Program-made: the position numbers and the translations under genes
Notes under the pieces: generated by a model
What the model was told of the DNA's origin: nothing
Seen by the model: only the letters and a program-made list of their open reading frames with translations
Databases searched by the model: none
Shown: positions 29,356 to 39,246 of the stretch, in pieces
How positions within the stretch are numbered: position 1 is the first letter of the stretch
Layout of the letters: each line of letters starts with the position of its first letter
Source of the DNA: an uncultured Candidatus Saccharibacteria bacterium
GTDB taxonomy: Bacteria > Patescibacteriota > Minisyncoccia > Phycocordibacterales > PALSA-1337
Assembly: GCA_964600255.1 (NCBI GenBank)
Contig: CAZRIX010000003.1
Coordinates: 6,476-70,475 of the forward strand
Length of the DNA stretch: 64,000 nucleotides
Direction of reading: 5' to 3'

Positions 29356-30114
29356 ATGAAAAAAAAGATTATAGTAGGTAATTGGAAGATGAATCCAACA
29401 ACTCTTGATGAAGCCAAGAGAATTTATAAATCAACAAAGGCATCTGCGGGCAAATTGAAGAATGTTACTGTCGTAGCGTGTCCACCTTTTATTTATACTA
29501 GCGCTTTTCTAAAATCAAAAACAGATTCTTCACTGGCTATTGGCGTACAAAATGCATATTTTGAACCACAGGGATCATTTACAGGGGAGATAAGTCCATT
29601 GATGCTCAAGGATTTGGGAGTTAAGTACGCAATAATAGGACACTCAGAGAGACGAGTGCGCGGAGAGACAGACGAAATGATAGCAAAGAAGGTGCAGCTA
29701 TTACTTGAGACGGGCATCAAGGTGATTCTATGTGTTGGAGAGAAGACTAGAAATGAAGATGGATCACATTTGGACTTTATAAAGGATCAAATCAAGAGTT
29801 CTTTGGATAAAGTAAATGCAAAAAATATTGGCAATCTATTGATCGCATATGAACCTGTTTGGGCTATTGGGGCAAAAGAGGCTATGGATTCTGCAAGTAT
29901 TTATGAAATGACTCTATTTATTAAAAAGGTATTGTCTGATCTATACGGACATGAAGATGCTATTTCAACTCCAGTTCTATATGGAGGTTCAGTAAATTTC
30001 CGTAATGCATCCGAGATATTTATCACGGGTAAGGTAGATGGATTGTTGGTAGGTAGAGAGAGTGTAAATCCACCAGGTTTTGCAGAATTATTAAAAGCAG
30101 TAGACTCAATATAA
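29356..30114 (+). CDS. tpiA: Triosephosphate isomerase
   Basis: GNWKMN, GHSERR, AYEPVWAIG and LYGGSV motifs. Confidence 0.96.
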   Translation: MKKKIIVGNWKMNPTTLDEAKRIYKSTKASAGKLKNVTVVACPPFIYTSAFLKSKTDSSLAIGVQNAYFEPQGSFTGEISPLMLKDLGVKYAIIGHSERRVRGETDEMIAKKVQLLLETGIKVILCVGEKTRNEDGSHLDFIKDQIKSSLDKVNAKNIGNLLIAYEPVWAIGAKEAMDSASIYEMTLFIKKVLSDLYGHEDAISTPVLYGGSVNFRNASEIFITGKVDGLLVGRESVNPPGFAELLKAVDSI

Positions 30115-30115
30115 T

Positions 30116-31189
30116 ATGAAGAATATTACTGAACTAGCTGATCTCAAGGATGTAAGAGTGCTTGTCCGTTTGGATTTGAATGTGTCAATCGACCAATCTG
30201 GTCATGTTGTGGATGACTTTCGTATTCGTAAGTCACTTCCAACCATCAACTACCTAAGAGAGAAGGGTGCTCGCTTGATTCTAATAAGTCATATTGAAAC
30301 AAAGGACAAGCCTACACTAGAACCTGTGGCAAAGCACTTTAAAAAGCTTGGCGTTGATTGTTTTTTTGAAAAAAACTATAAAAAAGTATTGGCTAGTAAG
30401 GAAGACATAATTTTACTCGAGAACCTACGTGAGCATGAAGGGGAGAAGAAGAATGATAAAAAGTTCGCAAGGGAGTTGGCCTCATTGGCTGATATTTATG
30501 TAAACGAGGCATTCTCAGTTTCTCACCGTGAACATGCATCTGTATGTGCGATTACGGAGTTCATACCAAGTTATGCAGGATTTCAGTTTGATAGTGAAGT
30601 AATGGAGTTGGCAAAGGTTTTTACTCCAGAGCATCCTTTTATTTTTATCCTTGGTGGTGCAAAGTTTGAGACAAAGCTTCCTTTGGTTGATAAGTTTATA
30701 GATATAGCTGACAAGGTATTCATCGGTGGGGCATTGGCAAATGATTTCTTCCGAGCTCAGGGCCATGATATCGGAGACTCACTAGTTTCAAATCCAGCAC
30801 CTGACCTATCAAAATTTTTGAACAATTCAAAGTTGATGTTACCATTTGATCATGTGTTAAAAGGCACTGCTATTATGGATGCGGGAATGAAGACGGTTGA
30901 GGTTCTGCGTAAAGAAGTTGAGAAAGCTAAGTTTATTCTATGGAATGGTCCAGTGGGTGCTTATGAGGGTGGATACAGGGTAGCCACATTGGAGATTGCA
31001 GAAATGATCGCTGAAGCAACAAGCAAAGGCGCCAAGTCATTCGTTGGTGGTGGTGACACTTTGGCAACAATCGCCGAGCTTAAACTTGAAGATTCATTTA
31101 CCTTCGTATCAACAGGGGGAGGAGCTATGCTCGACTATTTAGCCAAGGGAACATTGCCAGGGATAGAGGCTTTAAAAAATAATAAATAA
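30116..31189 (+). CDS. pgk: Phosphoglycerate kinase
   Basis: RLDLNV, LLENLR, WNGP.G, GGGDT and STGGGA motifs. Confidence 0.95.
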   Translation: MKNITELADLKDVRVLVRLDLNVSIDQSGHVVDDFRIRKSLPTINYLREKGARLILISHIETKDKPTLEPVAKHFKKLGVDCFFEKNYKKVLASKEDIILLENLREHEGEKKNDKKFARELASLADIYVNEAFSVSHREHASVCAITEFIPSYAGFQFDSEVMELAKVFTPEHPFIFILGGAKFETKLPLVDKFIDIADKVFIGGALANDFFRAQGHDIGDSLVSNPAPDLSKFLNNSKLMLPFDHVLKGTAIMDAGMKTVEVLRKEVEKAKFILWNGPVGAYEGGYRVATLEIAEMIAEATSKGAKSFVGGGDTLATIAELKLEDSFTFVSTGGGAMLDYLAKGTLPGIEALKNNK

Positions 31190-31194
31190 ATAAT

Positions 31195-32166
31195 ATGAAA
31201 ACAGCTTTGGTGTGTGGAGCCGGAGGTTTTATTGGTGGTCATTTGGTTAAAAGATTAAAGAGTGAAGGATACTGGGTTAGGGGAGTAGATATCAAGAGAC
31301 CAGACTTTGGCGAGAGTGCTGCAGATGATTTTGTGTTGGCAGATCTTAGAGATGATGCAACTTGGTTAAAAATATTGGACCGAGCATTTGATGAAGTGTA
31401 CCAGCTTGCAGCGGACATGGGTGGAGCGGGATATATTTTCTCAGGTAATCATGATGTTGAGGTAATGCATAACTCAGCTAGTATAAACCTAAATGCCTTA
31501 AACTATGGTTACAAAGCTGGTATAAATAAAATCTTCTATTCATCATCAGCTTGTATTTATCCTGCATACAATCAGCTAGATCCAAACAACCCAAAGTGCA
31601 ATGAATCTTCTGCATATCCAGCGGAGCCAGATAGTGAATATGGTTGGGAGAAGTTGTTTAGTGAGAGATTATATTTTGCATATATGAGAAATAATGGAAT
31701 GGATGTGCGTGTGGCACGTTTCCATAATATTTTTGGACCAGAAGGAACTTGGACTGGTGGTAAAGAGAAGGCACCAGCAGCTATGTGTCGCAAGGTTGCC
31801 GAGGCTCAGGATGGTGGAGAGATAGAGATATGGGGAGACGGCATGCAGACTCGCTCATTCCTATATATCGATGAATGCTTGGAAGGTATTCGAAGACTGA
31901 TGGACTCAAAAGACTTTCATGGTCCAGTAAATATCGGTTCAGAGGAAATGGTAACTATCAATCAACTAGCCGAAATGGTAATGCAGGTTGCTAACAAAAA
32001 AGTTACACTGAAGCATATAAATGGACCGTTGGGAGTTCGTGGAAGAAATTCAGATAATAAGTTGATAAAGGAATCACTAGGTTGGGCACCAAACTATCCA
32101 CTAATAAAAGGATTGGAGAAAACCTATAATTGGATAAATGGGGAGGTAAAGAAGGGGAAGGAGTAA
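31195..32166 (+). CDS. NAD-dependent epimerase (GDP-mannose 3,5-epimerase-like)
   Basis: GAGGFIG, LAADMGG, SSACIYP, YGWEK and GVRGRNSDN motifs. Confidence 0.88.
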   Translation: MKTALVCGAGGFIGGHLVKRLKSEGYWVRGVDIKRPDFGESAADDFVLADLRDDATWLKILDRAFDEVYQLAADMGGAGYIFSGNHDVEVMHNSASINLNALNYGYKAGINKIFYSSSACIYPAYNQLDPNNPKCNESSAYPAEPDSEYGWEKLFSERLYFAYMRNNGMDVRVARFHNIFGPEGTWTGGKEKAPAAMCRKVAEAQDGGEIEIWGDGMQTRSFLYIDECLEGIRRLMDSKDFHGPVNIGSEEMVTINQLAEMVMQVANKKVTLKHINGPLGVRGRNSDNKLIKESLGWAPNYPLIKGLEKTYNWINGEVKKGKE

Positions 32167-32306
32167 GGATCTACTACAAAGAAATCCATTCATTGTTATT
32201 CTTTAATAAGTGTGGTATTGTATTTTGCGGATTAATCTCGTGTGAGATTGACCTTTAGAATCTAAACTTCAGATAGGCTGGCTGAAAGGCTAGTCTGGAA
32301 GGAACA

Positions 32307-33017
32307 ATGAAAAGTAATAGTGACCTGATTCATCAACGACTAGTTGCGGTGTTAGCTGATCCAGCTGATATTAGGGCGTATTCGATGTCTGATGCATACG
32401 AAATACTTCAGCGCATGGTTCAGGTAGGGTACTATTCTCAATGTCTGCAGGCAATTGAAGAATTGGGATCTGACCGGCTCGATGCGTCGCGGATTGTGAG
32501 CAATAGGAGAGAACTAAATACTCTGCTCCAGACAATGCGCAGTGATGGCTTGGATCTGCCGGTACTGAGGAATGTTAACCAAGACAGTTTCTGGGAGATG
32601 GAGATCCGGGCTAAGCTTGCCAAGCGTGATACTCTGAGGACTTGGGAGCTGATCAGGAGTTCACAGAAAGGTAAATCCAGAGCGGGCCAGCTTTCCAGGT
32701 CCATTTTGGAGTTGCTTGTTTCAGAGCTCTATGATCTCATGGTCCGGAAGAAACAGTTGAAGGATGTGGACCTTGCCCAGAACCCACCACCAACTCGCGT
32801 CTGTTACGCGGTTCGCGAACGTTCCCCGGCAAAGTCTGATCGACTCGGAAGACGGCGCAAGCCCCGGACGTATCAGCTACATGGTCGTGCTCCAGGATTG
32901 GGCTTTGCCAAGGCATTCTCGGTATACACAGAACAACAAGGTTGGTCTATGCAAGAAACGAGCCTGAAAATTCTTGCAATCGCGGCGTACTTCTCGGAAA
33001 AGAAGCGTCGGCGATAA
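32307..33017 (+). CDS. GC-rich hypothetical protein
   Basis: 236-aa ORF with AAGGA SD, a leader hairpin and its own terminator. Confidence 0.6.
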   Translation: MKSNSDLIHQRLVAVLADPADIRAYSMSDAYEILQRMVQVGYYSQCLQAIEELGSDRLDASRIVSNRRELNTLLQTMRSDGLDLPVLRNVNQDSFWEMEIRAKLAKRDTLRTWELIRSSQKGKSRAGQLSRSILELLVSELYDLMVRKKQLKDVDLAQNPPPTRVCYAVRERSPAKSDRLGRRRKPRTYQLHGRAPGLGFAKAFSVYTEQQGWSMQETSLKILAIAAYFSEKKRRR

Positions 33018-33046
33018 ACGAACATTTGTTCGTCACACACACACCT

Positions 33047-33080
33047 CCGCCCAGCCTATGGCTCGGGCGGTTGTCTTTTT
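33047..33080 (+). terminator. Intrinsic terminator
   Basis: CCGCCC-AGCC/GGCT-CGGGCGG stem followed by a T-rich tail. Confidence 0.65.
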
Positions 33081-33450
33081 ATACCAAACTCTCTACAATC
33101 TTTTTCTGATTGGCTACAAAATCTTTTTTCTCACCAGCTACTTCTTTGTTAGGGAATACCCATATATGTGCGTGGTGGACTTCCTCACCGACTACTTTAC
33201 TTAAAATAAAATCAGTATCGAAAGCTTTTCTTTGTGCTATGGCTATTTTTTTGGATACTTCAAAATATTCTCCAGCATTTGGCACGTCCCAAACCCAACG
33301 ATAATGTTCCTTAGGAATTATAAGGGTATGGCCAGGAGATAGTGGATCAATACTTAGAAATGCTAGGAAGTTTGAATCTTCATAGACTACGTAAGCTGGA
33401 ATTTCCTTTTTTACTATTTTACAAAAGATGCAATTTGTTTCGTGTGTCAT
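33079..33450 (-). CDS. HIT family hydrolase
   Basis: CIFCKI, PGHTLIIPK and HxHxW (HAHIW) motifs. Confidence 0.92.
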   Translation of the reverse strand: MTHETNCIFCKIVKKEIPAYVVYEDSNFLAFLSIDPLSPGHTLIIPKEHYRWVWDVPNAGEYFEVSKKIAIAQRKAFDTDFILSKVVGEEVHHAHIWVFPNKEVAGEKKDFVANQKKIVESLV

Positions 33451-33489
33451 ATATGTATTATAGCAAATTTAATTTTTGGTAAGAAAATA

Positions 33490-33514
33490 GGCCCGACCAC
33501 AAAGTGGCCGGGCC
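33490..33514 (-). terminator. GC-rich terminator of the 33530 ORF
   Basis: GGCCCGACCAC/GTGGCCGGGCC stem with a T-rich tail on the minus strand. Confidence 0.65.
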
Positions 33515-33529
33515 GTTTGATGCTGCGTT

Positions 33530-33928
33530 CTAAAGTGCAGCTAAAATTTCCTGAGGTATACTCCAACGGTCGCCTACCGTTGCTATGATGATGTTCGGAT
33601 GATCTAACCCAACCAGTCGAAGGGTTTCAACAGTCTCACCCTTCCACCTAGGATCATAAGGAACGATCTCCGAAGCTTTCTCTTGGCAAAGTCGAAAGCA
33701 TTCATAGGCATCGGCTTGTCTCTTAAAGAAGCCAATGGGCCTGCCGGTTGCTGATCCGGTTTGTATGGTTTGGCTTCCTAAGATAATGCGGTCGTCACCG
33801 GCATTGCCGTATTTGACTACCGACTTCCTAGAAATTCCAACCCAGTATCCTCTTCGTAGGACGCCACCAACAGGATTCGCAAGGGGGTTTCCATCAGGAC
33901 GGACTGCGGAGTCTGCCACCATCTTCAT
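33530..33928 (-). CDS. GC-rich hypothetical protein
   Basis: Open frame with its own terminator. The start is uncertain (ATG 33928 or 34018). Confidence 0.5.
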   Translation of the reverse strand: MKMVADSAVRPDGNPLANPVGGVLRRGYWVGISRKSVVKYGNAGDDRIILGSQTIQTGSATGRPIGFFKRQADAYECFRLCQEKASEIVPYDPRWKGETVETLRLVGLDHPNIIIATVGDRWSIPQEILAAL

Positions 33929-34113
33929 AACTTCTGGCGATGAAGTATAATTGATCACTTTGATCCTATATACAGAATGAAGAGTGCAGAAAAAAACCGT
34001 ACCAATAAAATGTGTCATTGTGTCATGGAGTTATGGGTTGAAGTGTGCTTTGTAAATACTCTACTCCGCTAATATATCTATGTCAACCGAGTCATTGTGA
34101 TATACTCTGATTG

Positions 34114-35826
34114 ATGAAAAACTACTCCATACGAGAAAGATTGAATGGTGATTTGATTGATAATCTTCTTTTTTATCGTGGTATTAAGTATCCAGTAGAG
34201 AAGGAGGCTTTCTTGAATCCTAGTTATGACAAACACATCCATGATCCTTTTCTTTTAAAAGATGCCGAGAAAGCTGCCAGGAGAGTTGTTAAAGCAATAG
34301 AGGATAAAGAGAAAATTGTGATTTATAGTGATTATGATGCTGATGGAATTCCGGCTGGAGTCGTTTTTCATGATTTTCTAAAGAAAATTGGATATGAAAA
34401 CTTTACCAACTATATTCCACATCGTCATGATGAAGGTTTCGGCTTGAATACTGATGCGGTGGGGGAATTTATCAAAGAGAATGTTAGTCTGCTCATCACT
34501 CTTGATTGTGGTATCTCTGATATAGAGGCGGTGAAACTGGCACAGGATAACGGTATCGACGTGATAATTACTGATCACCACGAACCCCACGCAGAAGTTC
34601 CGCCAGCTTTTGCTATCGTCGATCACAAACAAAAAGGCTGTAAATATCCTGAGCAGATTCTATGTGGTTCAGGTGTTGGATTCAAACTTATTCAAGCGAT
34701 TCTCAAAGTGAATCGTTTTGGTCTGAAGGAAGGTCACGAGAAATGGCTTCTCGACATGGTAGGGCTCGCAACTCTTTCTGATATGGTGCCATTGGTTGGG
34801 GAGAATAGGGCTTTGGCGCATTTTGGTCTGAGAGTTTTGAAGATGAGTCCACGCAAAGGCTTGATGAAGCTTCTAAAGCATTTGAAGATTAACCAAAAGA
34901 ATCTAACCGAGGATGATATTGGCTTTATGATTACTCCACGTATAAATGCCGCTTCACGTATGGGTGTGCCGATGGATGCTTTTCGACTACTTGCGACTGA
35001 TAGTGATGATGAAGCGCTGAAGTTTACTTTGCATTTGGATGAAATAAATAATGAAAGAAAAGGAAAAGTGGCAAGTATAGTCAAAGAAGTGAAGAAAATA
35101 ATGTCAGATAGACATAAGGATGAGCCAAGGCCAGTAATTGTTTTTGGTAATCCAGAATGGAGACCGTCACTACTTGGGTTGGTTGCAAACAATCTGGCTG
35201 AAGAATTCGGTAGACCAGCTTTTCTCTGGGGTAGAGATGGCGACGGGATAATAAAAGGTTCATGTCGTTCTGGAGGCACAGTCAGTGTAGTTGAAATAAT
35301 GAATAGAACAAAGGCTGGAACATTAATGCAATTCGGTGGGCACTTTGCCTCCGGAGGTTTTGCGGTATCGAATGAACATGTGCATTTCCTCGATGATCAC
35401 TTGAATGATGCATTTTATGTTTTACAGAAAGATAGTAAAGATTCTTTGATAGAGCCTACTCATATAGACATGGAGTTACAGCTAGATGATGTAAAATGGG
35501 ATAGTTATAGACAAGTAGAAAAGCTTGCACCTTTTGGAGTTGGGAATCCAAAGCCGCTTTTTATTTTCAAAAATATTAAAATAACTGGAATCAAAGAATT
35601 CGGCAAAGAAAAGAATCATTTAGAATTATCCTTTAGAAAAGAAAATGGAAGTACGGTGAATGCAATGGGATTCTTTATGGATAGCAATACCTTTTTAAAT
35701 AAAGATGGAGAGAAGTTGAAAGTGGGGGATTCGATAGATTTGGTAGCGACAATGGAAAAGTCACTTTTCCGTGGTAGGGCGGAGTTGAGGTTGAGGATTG
35801 AGGATATATTTGAGATAATGCCTTAA
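34114..35826 (+). CDS. recJ: ssDNA exonuclease RecJ
   Basis: DYDADG, DCG, TDHH, PRINAASR and GGH motifs. Confidence 0.95.
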   Translation: MKNYSIRERLNGDLIDNLLFYRGIKYPVEKEAFLNPSYDKHIHDPFLLKDAEKAARRVVKAIEDKEKIVIYSDYDADGIPAGVVFHDFLKKIGYENFTNYIPHRHDEGFGLNTDAVGEFIKENVSLLITLDCGISDIEAVKLAQDNGIDVIITDHHEPHAEVPPAFAIVDHKQKGCKYPEQILCGSGVGFKLIQAILKVNRFGLKEGHEKWLLDMVGLATLSDMVPLVGENRALAHFGLRVLKMSPRKGLMKLLKHLKINQKNLTEDDIGFMITPRINAASRMGVPMDAFRLLATDSDDEALKFTLHLDEINNERKGKVASIVKEVKKIMSDRHKDEPRPVIVFGNPEWRPSLLGLVANNLAEEFGRPAFLWGRDGDGIIKGSCRSGGTVSVVEIMNRTKAGTLMQFGGHFASGGFAVSNEHVHFLDDHLNDAFYVLQKDSKDSLIEPTHIDMELQLDDVKWDSYRQVEKLAPFGVGNPKPLFIFKNIKITGIKEFGKEKNHLELSFRKENGSTVNAMGFFMDSNTFLNKDGEKLKVGDSIDLVATMEKSLFRGRAELRLRIEDIFEIMP

Positions 35827-36533
35827 TGAACAAAACAACTATTTTTACAGACGGCGCTTCACGAGGTAATCCTGGCAAAGGGGGATGGGGTGCTGTTGTT
35901 GTGACTTCAGACAAGGTTGTTGAGCTCGGAGGGAGAGAAGATAATACCACAAACAATAGAATGGAGCTGTCTGCCGTGATTGCTGGACTTTCTTGTGTCG
36001 ACAATAAGGAGCGAATTACTGTGAATACGGATTCATCGTATGTGATTAATGGTATTACTAAATGGGTAAATGGTTGGCAGAGGAATGGCTGGGTCACAAA
36101 GACCAAAGATAGTGTCATCAATCGTGACCTATGGGAAAAGTTGGTAGATGCAAAGTATGGAAAAGAGATAGAGTGGAACTATGTCGGCGGTCACTCTGGA
36201 GTCGTAGGTAATGAGCGATGTGATGTAATAGCTACATCATTTGCGGATAATGATCCAACTGCACTCTACGATGGATCTCTTTTAGATTATCCAATTAAAA
36301 ATATCCTAGACCTATCTCAAATCGCAGAAGTTGCCAATGAAAAGAAGGCCAAGAAAAGTCACTCAAATGCTAAAGCATATTCATATATTAGTAAGGTGGA
36401 CGGAAAAATAGAGACTCATAAAACATGGGCAGAATGTGAAGCTCGAGTAAAAGGAAAGAGTGGCACGAGATATAGGAAGGCTACTTCACCAGAGCAGGAG
36501 AAGGATATTATTGCAGAATTCAGTAAGTTCTAG
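35826..36533 (+). CDS. rnhA: Ribonuclease HI with C-terminal viroplasmin-like hybrid-binding domain
   Basis: TDGASRGNPG, TTNNRMEL, TDS, GNERCD and C-terminal TWAECEARVKG. Confidence 0.92.
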   Translation: MNKTTIFTDGASRGNPGKGGWGAVVVTSDKVVELGGREDNTTNNRMELSAVIAGLSCVDNKERITVNTDSSYVINGITKWVNGWQRNGWVTKTKDSVINRDLWEKLVDAKYGKEIEWNYVGGHSGVVGNERCDVIATSFADNDPTALYDGSLLDYPIKNILDLSQIAEVANEKKAKKSHSNAKAYSYISKVDGKIETHKTWAECEARVKGKSGTRYRKATSPEQEKDIIAEFSKF

Positions 36534-36617
36534 TTGCTGAGATTAAAATTTAATGAAAATTTCATACGCTTTTTATTATTACTTTTAATATTTTTTAACA
36601 GCTTCTGCTAGATTTAG

Positions 36618-37985
36618 TTGGTGGAAATACAGCAAAGAAATTTTAATTTAATCCTCACAACAATTCTTGTACTTACTATTGCTGTACGTTTCTATTTTGC
36701 TATACAAAATGATAGGGAGGATATAGTAAATAAGTATAAGGGTAAGTGGGTTGCCCTAAAGGGCATTGTTGCTAGTGAACCACTGGTCAAAGATTTCAAC
36801 AAAACTTTTGTTGTTGAAGCGAGGACTATAGATTCGGAGCCGGTATCAATATCGGTTAAGGTGACAACAGATCGCTATATGGATTATGAGTACGGTCAGG
36901 AGTTAAGTTTGGATGGTAAACTTCTCGCCCCAATAAATTTTAAAAGTAATGGAGGTCGAGTTTTCAACTATATAGATTTTCTATTGAAAGACGGAATATA
37001 TTTTGAGATGAAAAAGCCAAGGATAAGTATTGTTGCGGTCGATCGGGGTAGTTTTATTAGCAAATACCTATTTAAACTAAAGAGAGGCTTTATCAATAAT
37101 CTAAAGCTAGTGCTCGGAGAGCCACATTCAGCATTGGCTGGCGGTTTGGTGGTGGGAGAGAAGAGTGCATTGGGTAGTGAATTGATTGAGGATTTTAGAA
37201 AGTCTGGACTGATACATATTGTTGTATTGTCTGGGTACAACATAACCATTGTTGCAGATTCTATCAGGCGAATGTTGGTTTTTCTCCCGAGGAATATAGG
37301 TATTACTATTGGTGCATTGGGGATTGTGGCATTTGGAGTTTTGGTTGGTGGTGGAGCAACCGTAGTCAGATCATGCTTCATGGCGATTATCGCGCTAACC
37401 GCTTCACTTTTGAGAAAAGACTATAACGTAAGCAAAGCACTCTTTATTGCGGGTGCCATAATGCTAATCCATAACCCACTGATACTGCTATACGATCCTT
37501 CGTTTCAGTTATCGTTTCTTGCTACACTTGGCCTGATTGTTCTATCTTCTCCCATTGAAAAAAGATTGGGATTTGTAACAGAAAAACTAGGTATTAGGGG
37601 TCTGCTGTCTTCTACTTTAGCGACTCAAGTTTTTGTATCGCCATATATTCTATATATGATGGGGCAATTGTCGATAATCGGTATAGTGGTGAATATACTT
37701 GTTCTGCCAATAATACCAGCGACTATGGGAATAGTATTCCTTACTGGAGTTTTGGGTTTTGTATCGGTTAGCGCATCACAAATACTTGGTTGGATTGCTC
37801 ATATACTACTATCGTATGAACTATTTATTGTTAGGTTCTTTGCTGATTTATCTTTTTCATCGATCAATCTGCCAAAGTTTTCGTTTTGGATCGTTGTCGG
37901 TTTTTATTTGAGTTATTTTGTTGCGTTCACGAAATTTTCTTCAATCTTTGACCAGTTTAGATTTAGGAAAAAATCCTCAACATAG
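36618..37985 (+). CDS. comEC: ComEC/Rec2 competence channel (OB and Competence domains only)
   Basis: SGLIHIVVLSGYN and DPSFQLSFLAT motifs. Start uncertain. Confidence 0.9.
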   Translation: MVEIQQRNFNLILTTILVLTIAVRFYFAIQNDREDIVNKYKGKWVALKGIVASEPLVKDFNKTFVVEARTIDSEPVSISVKVTTDRYMDYEYGQELSLDGKLLAPINFKSNGGRVFNYIDFLLKDGIYFEMKKPRISIVAVDRGSFISKYLFKLKRGFINNLKLVLGEPHSALAGGLVVGEKSALGSELIEDFRKSGLIHIVVLSGYNITIVADSIRRMLVFLPRNIGITIGALGIVAFGVLVGGGATVVRSCFMAIIALTASLLRKDYNVSKALFIAGAIMLIHNPLILLYDPSFQLSFLATLGLIVLSSPIEKRLGFVTEKLGIRGLLSSTLATQVFVSPYILYMMGQLSIIGIVVNILVLPIIPATMGIVFLTGVLGFVSVSASQILGWIAHILLSYELFIVRFFADLSFSSINLPKFSFWIVVGFYLSYFVAFTKFSSIFDQFRFRKKSST

Positions 37986-38464
37986 TTCTTCTTGCCTGAT
38001 GGGGCATAGTCAGCGACAAATGAATGTTCCCACATATCAAGAGCGAGGATTAATGAACAATCTTGCAACTGACTTATGTGTTGTTCTTCCACCCAAGTAC
38101 TGATCAAAGTTTGATCTTTGCGATCATAATAGAGCATGGCCCATCCTATACCTCTTGTAAGAGACATAGCCTTGAAGTTTGTAAGCCAGGCATCAAATGA
38201 TCCAAAGTCAGCCGTGATTTGAGCTTTTAGTTTACTTGAATCTGCTAACTGATTGGCTCCTCCTTCTAGACTCGCAAAATACACTTCATGATTCCTCATT
38301 CCATTATATTCAAAACCTAATCTACGGATGTCTTGTTTACCATCGAGAGTTTCATTCAAATTCTTTACATATCCTGCATATAGCTTCAAATGCTCTTCAA
38401 TAGTTTTAGCTGAAATTCCTTTTAGAGTTGGTATATTAAATTTTATTTCATTGAATTTTTTCAT
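37913..38464 (-). CDS. sod: Fe/Mn superoxide dismutase
   Basis: EH..LY.GY, NHE.YF and DMWEH motifs. Confidence 0.9.
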   Translation of the reverse strand: MKKFNEIKFNIPTLKGISAKTIEEHLKLYAGYVKNLNETLDGKQDIRRLGFEYNGMRNHEVYFASLEGGANQLADSSKLKAQITADFGSFDAWLTNFKAMSLTRGIGWAMLYYDRKDQTLISTWVEEQHISQLQDCSLILALDMWEHSFVADYAPSGKKNYVEDFFLNLNWSKIEENFVNATK

Positions 38465-38478
38465 AAATACATTCTATC

Positions 38479-39243
38479 ATGAAACATAAACTTAGATTTT
38501 ATACATTACTATTTGTGTCGATCGTTGCGATAGTTATGGTATTCGCCTATGTATATAGATGGGAGCACAGGGAAGCGAGGCTTGAAGTTAATTTCTTTAG
38601 TCTGAAAAGAGGCAGAGCAATATTTGTTCGAACACCTGCAAACAAAACAATATTGGTGGGTGGAGGTCAGAGCTCAGAGGTCATTCGCGAGATCACTAAA
38701 GCTACACCGTTCTATAGTAGAAAAATAGATTATGTATTCATCCCAAGTGCTACTCCGGCGCAAATCGGCGGTTTGATAGAGGTCATCGATAGGTATGAGG
38801 TGGGAGAGGTATTCATTCCTGAACTTATAGCTACAAGTACAGTTCTGGAAAAGCTGATGAGGAAAGTTATCAATAAGAAGATACATGTAAGCCACCTTGG
38901 AAAGGGTGATGAACTACAGTTGGGAGGTGTAGATATAAAAATCCTGTTTCCAATTAAAGACTTTAAGTACAATAAAACTAGTTTGCCGGAGCTTGGTATG
39001 GAAGTGGTATATAAAGATACGAGATTGTTTTTGATGGGGAATCTGTCAAAAACAACTCAGAAGAAGATTACTGAAACAATGAAGATAGAAGAGTCTGAAA
39101 ATCTGGTGGAGTTTTACCATAGCGCTAGTAAAGCCAAAGTATCAGCGGAGCTTCTAGAAAAGACTAATCCAAAGTATGTTTTCTCCACAAAAGAAAAATC
39201 CACCAGATGGGTTTCTGATGGATTTTCCTGGGATAAGATTTGA
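38479..39243 (+). CDS. Degenerate ComEC-type metallo-beta-lactamase-fold protein
   Basis: N-terminal TM, then LEVNFF...G.AIFVRTP..KTILVGGG, RKIDYV and IGGL..V motifs. The metal ligands are substituted. Confidence 0.75.
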   Translation: MKHKLRFYTLLFVSIVAIVMVFAYVYRWEHREARLEVNFFSLKRGRAIFVRTPANKTILVGGGQSSEVIREITKATPFYSRKIDYVFIPSATPAQIGGLIEVIDRYEVGEVFIPELIATSTVLEKLMRKVINKKIHVSHLGKGDELQLGGVDIKILFPIKDFKYNKTSLPELGMEVVYKDTRLFLMGNLSKTTQKKITETMKIEESENLVEFYHSASKAKVSAELLEKTNPKYVFSTKEKSTRWVSDGFSWDKI

Positions 39244-39246
39244 GTC

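Noticed and set aside
33018-33045. Palindrome ACGAACATTTGTTCGT and a (CA)5 run
   Set aside because: Short, lies in a 3' UTR and occurs once, so there is no evidence for phase variation.
36553-36617. Possible frameshifted N-terminus of comEC
   Set aside because: All frames are interrupted by stops, and no single frameshift gives a convincing extension.
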